In this document: positions 31,187-40,041 of the stretch, piece by piece | How positions within the stretch are numbered: the first letter of the stretch is position 1 | Layout: each line of letters begins with the position of its first letter | NCBI GenBank assembly: GCA_017624905.1 | Contig: JAGAMD010000024.1 | Span: 13,083 to 77,082 of the forward strand | DNA: 64,000 bases | Source: Clostridia bacterium | Lineage (GTDB): Bacteria; Bacillota; Clostridia; Oscillospirales; CAG-272 | Reading direction: 5' to 3' | Notes under the pieces: generated by a model | What the model was told of the DNA's origin: nothing | The model's input: the letters and a program-made list of their open reading frames with translations, nothing else | The model's database searches: none | Made by a program: the position numbers and the translations under genes

Positions 31187-32155
31187 ATGAAGCTTAGTGT
31201 TTTAGCTAACCTCTATGGTTCAAAATCACTTGATGAGGCACTTAAAATAATTTCCTCACTCGGTGTCCATTCTGTAGAAATCGGTGCAGGCGGATATCCG
31301 GGCAAGGATCACTGTGATCCGGAAAAACTACTCGCAGACGAGAAGGCACTTGAAGAATTCAAGGCTACATTTAAAAAGTACGATGTTGAGATTTGCGCTC
31401 TTGCTACTCACGGTAACCCTGTTCATCCAAATAAAGAGATTGCAGCTCAATTTGACAAGGATATGAGAAATACAATTCTTTTAGCTGAAAAGCTTGGAAT
31501 TGATACAATCATTACATTCTCCGGTTGCCCTGGCTCAGATCCTGATGCAAAGCTACCATCTTGGGTAACTTGCCCATGGCCGGACGATTTCCTTGAGACA
31601 CTTAACTATCAATGGAACGATGTTATGATCCCTTACTGGAAGGAAGCAACAGCTTTTGCAAAGGCTCACGGTGTTACTAAGATTGCTCTTGAAATGCACC
31701 CTGGCTTCTGTGTATACAATCCGGAAACACTTCTAAAGCTGAGAAATGCAGTAGGCGATGTAATCGGTGCTAACCTTGACCCATCACACCTAATTTGGCA
31801 AGGTATTGATCCTGTAATGGCAATCAGAGCTCTTGAGGGTGCTATTTACCACGTACACGCAAAGGATACAAAGGTTGACAAGGCTAACACATCAGTTAAT
31901 GGTGTTCTTGATACAAAGCACTACGGCGACGAAATTCACCGTTCTTGGATCTTCCGTACAGTTGGATACGGCAACAACGAGGAGTTTTGGAGAGCATTTG
32001 TTTCCAACCTTCGTCTCTGTGGCTATGATAAGGTTCTTTCAATCGAGCACGAGGATAGCTTAATGACTATCGACGAGGGCTTAAAGAAAGCAGTTGAATT
32101 CCTTGATAAGGTTATGATTAAGGAAGAAAAGCCAACAGGTATGCGTTGGGCTTAA
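31187..32155 (+). CDS. Xylose-isomerase-like TIM-barrel (sugar phosphate isomerase/epimerase family)
   Basis: HGNPVHP, LEMHPG, NLDPSH, HVHAKD, LSIEHED metal ligands. Confidence 0.9.
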   Translation: MKLSVLANLYGSKSLDEALKIISSLGVHSVEIGAGGYPGKDHCDPEKLLADEKALEEFKATFKKYDVEICALATHGNPVHPNKEIAAQFDKDMRNTILLAEKLGIDTIITFSGCPGSDPDAKLPSWVTCPWPDDFLETLNYQWNDVMIPYWKEATAFAKAHGVTKIALEMHPGFCVYNPETLLKLRNAVGDVIGANLDPSHLIWQGIDPVMAIRALEGAIYHVHAKDTKVDKANTSVNGVLDTKHYGDEIHRSWIFRTVGYGNNEEFWRAFVSNLRLCGYDKVLSIEHEDSLMTIDEGLKKAVEFLDKVMIKEEKPTGMRWA

Positions 32156-32240
32156 AGCCTTCACCTTGAAGGGAAGGGGATATGGACGAGGTTAAGAACA
32201 ATCCTTAAAAAATTCCCAACCCACCAAAAACGAAAAACAC

Positions 32241-32269
32241 AAAAAACGGACACAGGAGTGTCCGTTTTT
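32241..32269. terminator. Bidirectional terminator
   Basis: A6-CGGACAC-AGGA-GTGTCCG-T5. Confidence 0.8.
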
Positions 32270-32288
32270 GTTATATAATATCAAAAAT

Positions 32289-32313
32289 GTAGGGGAGGCT
32301 AGTAGCCTCCCGC
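32289..32313 (+). repeat. REP-like GTAG + GC-rich hairpin
   Basis: GTAG-GGGAGGCT-AGT-AGCCTCCC-GC; related copy at 45269-45292. Confidence 0.45.
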
Positions 32314-32319
32314 AAAAAA

Positions 32320-32994
32320 TTATTGTTTGCTTTCTGTGTTGGTATTATCGCTGTTTTCGGTGCTTTCACCATTGTTTTCCTCGGGCTTTTGTCCCGGAAA
32401 TTTAAAGTGCTTCTTTGGATCAACGTGTGTGCCGTCTACCTTTAATTCATAGTGTAGATGAGGCTCGCTTGCAAGCTCGTTCATAGCACTTTCACCAACT
32501 GCACCAATTACATCACCACTATTAACACTAGCACCGATAATGATGCCGTCAGCTACCTCCGGATCTAGGTTCTTATAAATGCTTATAGCATTTCCTGAGT
32601 GTTCAATAGAGATGCAAGTGCCCATAAATGGGTCATCCCATACATTTGTTACTACACCATCAGCAACAGCTATAACCTCCTCACCAAGACTTGCAGAAAT
32701 ATCAACGCCCAGGTGAGTTCTATAGTCGTTCAAGGTTTCAGAGAATACAGGTACTGTATCACTAAAATCCATACTGATTTCGCCACTTACAGGGAGGGAA
32801 AATGTAGGGAGAGTGTCTGAAATATTGCCATTTGTCTGTTCATCATTAGTGTCTGTGTTTGTGTTGTCCCCGGTATTTGTGTTTGGCTTATTTGCAACTG
32901 TTGTAGCAATAATAATTACTGAAACAAGAGCTAAAACAATAGCCACACTCAAATAAATAATTCTGGGAGTTTTTTTGTTTTCGTTTTCTTCCAT
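32320..32994 (-). CDS. Membrane-anchored M23/LytM peptidase (SpoIIQ-like)
   Basis: One N-terminal TM, HLGVD and HLHYE motifs; sigmaF-like promoter upstream. Confidence 0.8.
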   Translation of the reverse strand: MEENENKKTPRIIYLSVAIVLALVSVIIIATTVANKPNTNTGDNTNTDTNDEQTNGNISDTLPTFSLPVSGEISMDFSDTVPVFSETLNDYRTHLGVDISASLGEEVIAVADGVVTNVWDDPFMGTCISIEHSGNAISIYKNLDPEVADGIIIGASVNSGDVIGAVGESAMNELASEPHLHYELKVDGTHVDPKKHFKFPGQKPEENNGESTENSDNTNTESKQ

Positions 32995-33029
32995 TTTGTA
33001 AATTTCCTTTCAAAATTTAATTGCAAGAC

Positions 33030-33059
33030 TATTATTTACCACCAAAAATGGAATTATAC
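33030..33059 (-). promoter_or_regulatory. sigmaF-like forespore promoter for the M23 gene
   Basis: Minus strand GTATA-N15-GTAAATAATA against consensus GYATA-N15-GGnnAnAHTW. Confidence 0.55.
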
Positions 33060-33152
33060 ACAAAAAATATAAATGTGAATTTTAAAATGATTGACTTTAT
33101 TTTGCGTATGTGTTATTATATATATAACTAAAGCTTAAATTTTGGGGGATTT

Positions 33153-33788
33153 ATGATTAAAATTGAAAGAGTAAGCGTTATGAATATGGAAAACGCTATA
33201 AGAGGAGCAAGAAACCCACTAAATTCATGGAGTAGAATGGATAGCTATTATGATGAGGACGGCAACTATGTTCTCGGAGAAAACGATCTTTCCTTAGCTA
33301 AAAAACTAGCAAAGGCAGGCTCAGACCATAGAAAATATCTACGCCAAATTTTTGTATCAATGGATATCACAGCACCACTATATTGGTGGAAGGAATTTGA
33401 TACATATAAGGTAGCAACGGTTGCAAACTCAACTTCTACAATGCATAAAATTCAAGCTAAACAGTTTGAACGTGCTGATTTTAGCTGTGATAGAATGAGC
33501 GAGGGTGCTTTAAGAGTGCTCGATATGACAATCGATTATTTGGAAGAGGTGCGTCTAAAGTTTATTGAAACCAAGGAAAAGTGCTATTGGCACGATATGA
33601 TTCAGCTCCTTCCATCTAGCTATAATCAATTAAGAACTGTTACTATGAACTATGAAACACTAATTAACATATACTATGCAAGAAGAACACATAAGCTTGC
33701 TGAGTGGCATACACTTTGCGACCTTATTATGTCCTTGCCATATGCAAAGGATATTATCGCAGTAAAGGAAGAAAATGATAATAAATAA
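33153..33788 (+). CDS. ThyX (Thy1)-fold protein with non-canonical active site
   Basis: Motif order parallels ThyX (H..xLRQ, APLYWWKEFDTYK, STS, LLPSS..RTVTMNY, R..H..EW) but RHRx7SxRY is absent. Confidence 0.6.
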   Translation: MIKIERVSVMNMENAIRGARNPLNSWSRMDSYYDEDGNYVLGENDLSLAKKLAKAGSDHRKYLRQIFVSMDITAPLYWWKEFDTYKVATVANSTSTMHKIQAKQFERADFSCDRMSEGALRVLDMTIDYLEEVRLKFIETKEKCYWHDMIQLLPSSYNQLRTVTMNYETLINIYYARRTHKLAEWHTLCDLIMSLPYAKDIIAVKEENDNK

Positions 33789-34968
33789 GCTAATTAAAGA
33801 TTACAATAGTCCGCAAAAGCCTGAGGTCCGTGTACGAGTTGGGCGTTTTGCGGGCTTTGTCGGCATAATATCTAATTTATTGCTTTTTGTTGTAAAGCTG
33901 GTAGTTGGTATTATAACAGGAGCTATATCTATAATTGCCGACTCTCTAAACAACCTTTCAGACTGTGGCTCAAACGTGCTTACGGTTGTTGGTTACACAA
34001 TTTCGGGAAAGCCTGCCGATAAGGATCATCCATATGGACACGCACGTATGGAATATCTGTCATCATTGTTTATTGCAATGATTATATCATTCCTTGGCTT
34101 TGAAATGCTAATTACCTCTGTTGAAAAAATAATAGATAATGAGCCGAACGAGGGATATAGCCTACCACTTATTATAATTGTTGCCTCTACTATAATTGTA
34201 AAGGGCATAATTGCTGTGTTTTATCGAAAGCTGGGAAAACATATAAGCTCTGACGTATTAAAGGCATCAGCCATTGATAGCATCGGCGACGTTGTTGCCA
34301 CAAGTGCAGTAGTTGTTGGTATGTTGCTTGCTAAGTATGCTTCATTGCCATTCAATATTGATGCAGTGATAGGTATTTTGGTTGCAATTTACATTATAAT
34401 TATGGGAATTAAATTGGTAGTTGAGTCTTCAAACACACTGATAGGCAAAGCTCCCGACCCACAGCTTACCCACAAAATGATTGATAAAATCAAGAGCTAC
34501 GATGGTGTGCTTGGAATACACGATTTAGTGATTCACTCATATGGTGCAAATAGATGCTTTGCAACTGTACACGTAGAGATTGATGCAGATGCCGATGTTA
34601 TGCACAGCCACGATTTGATGGACGTAATCGAGGCAGATTTTTTAAAGGATGGCATAAATTTAGTTATTCATATGGACCCGATTTCTGTTTCTGATCCGGA
34701 AACAAATGAGCTACGTACAAAATGCTTTGAAATGATGTCCCACATTTCCGGTGAATATTCAAGCCCGATTTCAATGCACGATTTCCGCATTGTAAAGGGA
34801 ATAACACACACAAATGTGATTTTTGATGTTAGCGTTTCGGATGATTTTCCACTAAAAAACAAGGAAATCTGCGAGGAAATAACTAAAAGATTAAGAGAAA
34901 TAAACCCACTTTACAATTTAGTTTTAACTATTGACAGAGACTATTTTTCTGAAAGATATGGCGAATAA
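33775..34968 (+). CDS. Cation diffusion facilitator family transporter
   Basis: IADSLNNLSD, PADKDHPYGHARMEY, DSIGD, HDLVIHSYG. Confidence 0.92.
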   Translation: MIINKLIKDYNSPQKPEVRVRVGRFAGFVGIISNLLLFVVKLVVGIITGAISIIADSLNNLSDCGSNVLTVVGYTISGKPADKDHPYGHARMEYLSSLFIAMIISFLGFEMLITSVEKIIDNEPNEGYSLPLIIIVASTIIVKGIIAVFYRKLGKHISSDVLKASAIDSIGDVVATSAVVVGMLLAKYASLPFNIDAVIGILVAIYIIIMGIKLVVESSNTLIGKAPDPQLTHKMIDKIKSYDGVLGIHDLVIHSYGANRCFATVHVEIDADADVMHSHDLMDVIEADFLKDGINLVIHMDPISVSDPETNELRTKCFEMMSHISGEYSSPISMHDFRIVKGITHTNVIFDVSVSDDFPLKNKEICEEITKRLREINPLYNLVLTIDRDYFSERYGE

Positions 34969-34969
34969 A

Positions 34970-37030
34970 ATGAAAAAAGCTTTTAAAACTTTACTATTTT
35001 CGGTTGTTTTTGTGATTATTCTTGCAGTAAGCATAAGTGCTTATGATATAGCAGTCAAGGACGCACAAGGAAACGAATATTATCACGATGGCTATAAGCT
35101 TTATTTGCCGTCGCACATATCTCCTTATGCAGTCAGCTTTGCTTTGGATGAATGTAATACCGTTACATATACCGATCTTGATGGTAACGATGTGCAATTA
35201 TTAGAGGGGGAGCCAATAGATATAACTCCTTATTTATCACCCTATTATAATGAGCCTGTTTATGTTTTATCTATTAAGATTGATGGTGTATTTAAGTATT
35301 TAATTATAAGAATGGCAAATACATTGCCAAGCCTATATGTAGAGATGGATACCGACGTTGATAGCTTTCTTAGATATAATTTGTCAAGTGAAAGCACCAA
35401 TGCAACATTTTTTGATAAAAACGGCACGGTTGAATTTAAGGACACTGACGGATTTTGTGAGTTTAAGGTGCGTGGTAACGCAACAACCGACTATCTAAAA
35501 AAGCCATTTCAAATAAAGCTTCCTACACGTGCAGACTTATACGGTATGGGTAGCTCAAAGACTTGGCTTCTTCTTGCCAATTATGATGACCAATCCTTGC
35601 TCAGAAACAGCGTTATGTATAAAATCAGCGAGTACTTAGGTATGCAAACGTGCGATTTTAGATCGATAGACCTGTTTATTAATGGTGAATATTATGGCAT
35701 ATATCTTCTTTGCGAGAAGGTTCAAATTGGTAAAAATCGTCTTGAAATCACCGATTTAGAGGATGAAAATAACGAGCTAAACGACTCATATACCTCATAT
35801 TCAACAAATGTTACAAGTGGCACACTAATCGACACTACTAATTTAGCTCAATATAGCTATATACCTAATATAATAAACCCTGATGATATTACAGGCGGAT
35901 ATCTTATCGAGCTTGATAATAACTATTATTCAAAAGAGCTATGCTATTTCACAACCGATTATGGCAACCATTATGTTATAAAATCGCCTGAATATGCTTC
36001 GCGTGAGCAGGTTGAATACATTGCTACTCTTTTTGCAAACATGGAAGAAGCAATAATGGCAAGTAATGGCTATAATTCACAGGGTAAGCATTATAGTGAT
36101 TATGTAGATGTTGATTCTTTAGTAAGTGCATATATAATGCAGGAATTTGGTAGAAACTATGATGCAGGATCATCAAGCATGTATTTTTATAAGGATAGAG
36201 ATACAGATGGTATTACCTCAAAAATATACAAAGGACCTCTTTGGGACTGCGATAATACATTAGGAAATATACATAAAAATGGTGCATCAAGCATTTCAGG
36301 TTATTGGGCTAAGGACCGTAGCATTTGGGCGGGACTTACAAAAAAGCCTGAATTTATGAATCTTGTCAGCCAAAAGTTTTCAAGTGCCTATAATTACATC
36401 TTTGATATGATAGATAAGGATGGTTATATTGATAGTGAGGTTTTACTAATAGGCGATTCCATTTATATGGAGCAAAGCATTTATGGCACAAACGATTATA
36501 GCAAATGGCCACTTTATTATGACGGAACGCACTATGATAAATGGCAAAGCTCACAGGTGTTTAATTTCTGTGCAGTATATTCCCAAGGAAATAATGAAGA
36601 TAGCACAACGGTAATAGGTTACCTATGTGAGCATATTGAAGATAGAGCTAACTGGTTAGCAAAAAACTGGAATTGTGATGTCCAATTAAGAGAAAGACGA
36701 GTAACGGACATAGTTGTTCCGGAAGAACCGGCTGAGCCGGAAGCTCCAACGGTCCCTGAATTACCCATCGAACCGGAAGTACCTAAGGAACCAATCACAC
36801 CAGAGCCACCGATAAGCTCTGATACAAGTACCAATACAGATACAGAGTCAAACACAAATACCAATACAAGCACTAACACTAGCACAAGCACTAACACTAG
36901 CACAAGCACGGACTCTAATACAAGCACTGACAACTCTCAAGAGCCAAGCAACCCAAAAAAAGGCTTTTTTGAATCACTTTGGTGGATGATTAAGGATTTC
37001 TTTAAGAAATTATTTTCAATGTTTAAATAA
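34970..37030 (+). CDS. Secreted CotH-kinase-family protein with Pro/Glu and Thr/Asn linker and amphipathic C-terminus
   Basis: Signal peptide; KVRGNAT, KKPFQIKL, WLLLANYDD.SLLRN, NGEYYGIYLLCEKV, GPLWDCD; start ATG 34970 (or 34958). Confidence 0.85.
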   Translation: MKKAFKTLLFSVVFVIILAVSISAYDIAVKDAQGNEYYHDGYKLYLPSHISPYAVSFALDECNTVTYTDLDGNDVQLLEGEPIDITPYLSPYYNEPVYVLSIKIDGVFKYLIIRMANTLPSLYVEMDTDVDSFLRYNLSSESTNATFFDKNGTVEFKDTDGFCEFKVRGNATTDYLKKPFQIKLPTRADLYGMGSSKTWLLLANYDDQSLLRNSVMYKISEYLGMQTCDFRSIDLFINGEYYGIYLLCEKVQIGKNRLEITDLEDENNELNDSYTSYSTNVTSGTLIDTTNLAQYSYIPNIINPDDITGGYLIELDNNYYSKELCYFTTDYGNHYVIKSPEYASREQVEYIATLFANMEEAIMASNGYNSQGKHYSDYVDVDSLVSAYIMQEFGRNYDAGSSSMYFYKDRDTDGITSKIYKGPLWDCDNTLGNIHKNGASSISGYWAKDRSIWAGLTKKPEFMNLVSQKFSSAYNYIFDMIDKDGYIDSEVLLIGDSIYMEQSIYGTNDYSKWPLYYDGTHYDKWQSSQVFNFCAVYSQGNNEDSTTVIGYLCEHIEDRANWLAKNWNCDVQLRERRVTDIVVPEEPAEPEAPTVPELPIEPEVPKEPITPEPPISSDTSTNTDTESNTNTNTSTNTSTSTNTSTSTDSNTSTDNSQEPSNPKKGFFESLWWMIKDFFKKLFSMFK
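36866..36909 (+). repeat. 18-bp coding tandem repeat (about 2.4 copies) in the CotH linker
   Basis: ACAAGCACTAACACTAGC x2 + ACAAGCAC (TSTNTS). Confidence 0.85.
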
Positions 37031-37055
37031 AAAACGGGAGCTTATCCCGTTTTTT
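37029..37055 (+). terminator. Intrinsic terminator
   Basis: A-run-CGGGA-GCTTA-TCCCG-T6. Confidence 0.75.
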
Positions 37056-37160
37056 ATTTAATAAATATATTCACATATGAGCAGATAATAATATAACATA
37101 AAAAGTATATATTTATCCTATTTGGGTAATATATGATTATTATTTGCGATAGGAGAATAT

Positions 37161-37643
37161 ATGAAAGCAGTACTTTTATTAAATCAAAATGAGCAACAAA
37201 ACACCGAAAATACAATCAAATCACTTGCAAACGAAGGGATAGGTGAGTTTATAATATTTTCCCACCAATACAAAAAAAGTCAAACATTTATAGATGAGCT
37301 TACAAAAAATGGCATAACTGCAACCTTTATTGATTTAAATAGACGCATAAGTACATTTGATGCACTTGATTTAATAAAGGGTAGCTTAAACGATACTTTT
37401 TTGCTTGTGTATTCCAATGAAATTTCTAATTTCGATATAAACGATGCACACTACTACCATAAATCAAACGAAAAGCTAGCGACCTTGTTATCAAGTGATA
37501 AGCTCACAGCGGGTATTTTCCTTGAAAACGATGTTTTTGATTATATGATTGAGCCAAACCACTTTGAAAAGGTCATTTTAAAGCGTCTTTTTGAGGATGA
37601 TGAAGCATTGGTATACAGTGCACTAACATATGAACTATATTAA
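37161..37643 (+). CDS. Degenerate sugar-phosphate nucleotidyltransferase-like protein
   Basis: MKAVLL start, DTFLLVYSN, DINDAHYYHKS..KLATL, AGIF, FEK.IL.RL match the NTP_transferase layout; GGxGTRL loop absent. Confidence 0.6.
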   Translation: MKAVLLLNQNEQQNTENTIKSLANEGIGEFIIFSHQYKKSQTFIDELTKNGITATFIDLNRRISTFDALDLIKGSLNDTFLLVYSNEISNFDINDAHYYHKSNEKLATLLSSDKLTAGIFLENDVFDYMIEPNHFEKVILKRLFEDDEALVYSALTYELY

Positions 37644-37668
37644 AAAAGGAACGGAAAATCCGTTCCTT
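37641..37668. terminator. Bidirectional terminator, identical 28-bp copy at 45518-45545
   Basis: TAAAAAAGGAACGGAAAATCCGTTCCTT. Confidence 0.8.
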
Positions 37669-37674
37669 CTTTCT

Positions 37675-40041
37675 TTATTCAAGCTCAAATGCACCTGTAT
37701 ATAGCTGATAATATTTGCCCTTTTCTGCAATTAAGCTTTCGTGTGAACCTCGCTCAATAATGCGACCTTGCTCAAGCACCATAATTACATCCGAGTTTTG
37801 AATTGTTGATAAGCGGTGTGCAATTACAAATACAGTACGTCCCTTCATAAGAGAGTCCATACCGGCTTGAACAATTGATTCAGTTCTTGTATCAATAGAG
37901 GAGGTAGCCTCGTCCATTATCATAACGGGTGGATCTGCAACTGCTGCACGGGCAATTGAAATAAGCTGTCTTTGTCCTTGAGATAGACCACCACCGTCGC
38001 CCTTAAGCATAGTGTTGTAGCCATCAGGTAGCATTTCAATAAATGAGTGAGCATTAGCAAGCTTAGCAGCCTCAATACATTCCTCATCTGTTGCATCAAG
38101 CTTACCATAACGTATATTATCCATTACAGTTCCCGTAAATAGGTTTACATCCTGTAAAATCACGCCCAAGGAGCGTCTTAAATCGTCCTTTTTAATCTTA
38201 TTAATGTTAATGCCGTCATATCTGATTTTTCCGTCAGCAATGTCGTAGAAACGGTTAATAAGGTTAGTTATAGTTGTTTTACCGGCACCTGTTGCACCAA
38301 CAAATGCAATTTTTTGACCCGGCTCGGCGTAAATTGAAACATCGTGTAAAACTATCTTTTCAGGAACATAGCCAAAGTCAACCTCGTTCAGTCGAACATC
38401 GCCACGAACACGCGTGTAGGTAACCGTGCCATCACCATGAGGATGCTTCCAAGCCCAAATGCCTGTACGCTTTTTAGCCTCAACAAGCTCACCATTATCG
38501 TTATACTCAGCATTTACAAGAGTAACATAGCCATTGTCAACCTCAGGATCCTCATCGAGCATTTCAAAGATACGCTCAGCACCTGCAAGAGCCATTGTGA
38601 TTGCGTTAGCCTGTTGTGAAAGCTGAGAAACATTGTTTGTAAATTGCTTAGATAAGCCAAGGAAAGCAACAGCAGTACCGATAGTAAATACAGGATCCTC
38701 AATGCCTAAGAAGGTAGCAAATGATGGATTGTATTTTCCAACAAGCATTGTACCAACAAAAACCAAGCAAACATAAAGCACGTGTCCTATGTTGTTCATA
38801 ATAGGCATAAGAGTGTTAGCACGTGTGTTAGCCTTAGTTGCGTGTTCACATAGCTTAGAGTTTAATGCTTCAAATCTCTTTTTGCTCTTTGGCTCGTAGT
38901 TAAATACCTTAACAACTCTTTGACCGTTAATCATTTCCTCAATGTAGCCCTCAGTTGCACCAAGTGATTCTTGTTGCTTTCTAAAATATTTAGCTCCTGA
39001 ACCACCGATTTTCTTGGCTACAAAGCTCATTACAAGCATACCGCCAATAACCACAAGTGCCATCCAAAAGCTCATAGAGAACATAAAGATAGTAACAGTT
39101 GTAAGAATTATAACAGTAGTAATAATTTGTGGTAGAGATTGAGAAATTAACTGTCTTAACGAGTCAATATCGTTTGTATAGTGGGACATTATATCCCCAC
39201 GCGGATGAGTATCGAAATATTTTACAGGTAGCTTTTGCATCTTGCCAAACATAAGAGTACGTAGCTTGTGTAGACAGCCCTGTGTAACAACTGCCATAGT
39301 TCTTGTTTGAACAAAGGCACAAATCAAACCGATAATGTAAATAGATGCAAGAATGAGAACAGTTATAGTAATTTCTTTGAATTGATGCTTCATAGCATAA
39401 TCAATTCTAGCTTTCTTTTCTATATCAATTTTTTCATTTTGCAATGAGGTAATATCGTTTTGTAATTTGGTTTGTTCGGAATCAGGCAAAAGCGTGATTT
39501 TTTCATTAGACAAAGCATCAACCTTGCTAACAAATAGTAAAGTAACCTTTTCGTCTATTTTGTTTGCTAATAAAGAATTGTATTTTTCGTCAATTTGCTT
39601 TTCGATATCCTCATCAGAATATCGTATCTTATCAATTAAAGAAAGGATATTTTTAACCTCGCTCTTAGCAATATCCTTTAGCTCAGCCATTTCTTCATTT
39701 GAAACAACTACCTCATTCTTTGCTTGCTGAAGAAGAAGAGCAGCTTCACTATCAGTAAGAAGTAGCTCCTTTTGAGCCTCAGCCTTTAAAATGCTTTTAT
39801 CCGTAGGAGTTATGATAATATGCTGAATGGCATCGGAGGCTGTGTCAATAACATTCCTTTGGAATATTGATGGAGAAGCAGTTGCTAAAGCACTTAAGCA
39901 AATGCAAACCAATACTATAATAAAAGGCGCTTTATAGAAGGACAAGAGTAACTTAAGAAGTCTGCCAAAAGTCCCTTTTTTAACCTTTTTCATTGGTCTA
40001 CCCATCATAGGTTGACGAGGATTTTTTACAGTTTTATTCAT
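37675..40041 (-). CDS. Heterodimeric ABC exporter subunit (TM288-like) with a large loop insertion
   Basis: GATGAGKTT, LSQGQRQ, DEATS, IAHRLST; fused TMD. Confidence 0.92.
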   Translation of the reverse strand: MNKTVKNPRQPMMGRPMKKVKKGTFGRLLKLLLSFYKAPFIIVLVCICLSALATASPSIFQRNVIDTASDAIQHIIITPTDKSILKAEAQKELLLTDSEAALLLQQAKNEVVVSNEEMAELKDIAKSEVKNILSLIDKIRYSDEDIEKQIDEKYNSLLANKIDEKVTLLFVSKVDALSNEKITLLPDSEQTKLQNDITSLQNEKIDIEKKARIDYAMKHQFKEITITVLILASIYIIGLICAFVQTRTMAVVTQGCLHKLRTLMFGKMQKLPVKYFDTHPRGDIMSHYTNDIDSLRQLISQSLPQIITTVIILTTVTIFMFSMSFWMALVVIGGMLVMSFVAKKIGGSGAKYFRKQQESLGATEGYIEEMINGQRVVKVFNYEPKSKKRFEALNSKLCEHATKANTRANTLMPIMNNIGHVLYVCLVFVGTMLVGKYNPSFATFLGIEDPVFTIGTAVAFLGLSKQFTNNVSQLSQQANAITMALAGAERIFEMLDEDPEVDNGYVTLVNAEYNDNGELVEAKKRTGIWAWKHPHGDGTVTYTRVRGDVRLNEVDFGYVPEKIVLHDVSIYAEPGQKIAFVGATGAGKTTITNLINRFYDIADGKIRYDGININKIKKDDLRRSLGVILQDVNLFTGTVMDNIRYGKLDATDEECIEAAKLANAHSFIEMLPDGYNTMLKGDGGGLSQGQRQLISIARAAVADPPVMIMDEATSSIDTRTESIVQAGMDSLMKGRTVFVIAHRLSTIQNSDVIMVLEQGRIIERGSHESLIAEKGKYYQLYTGAFELE

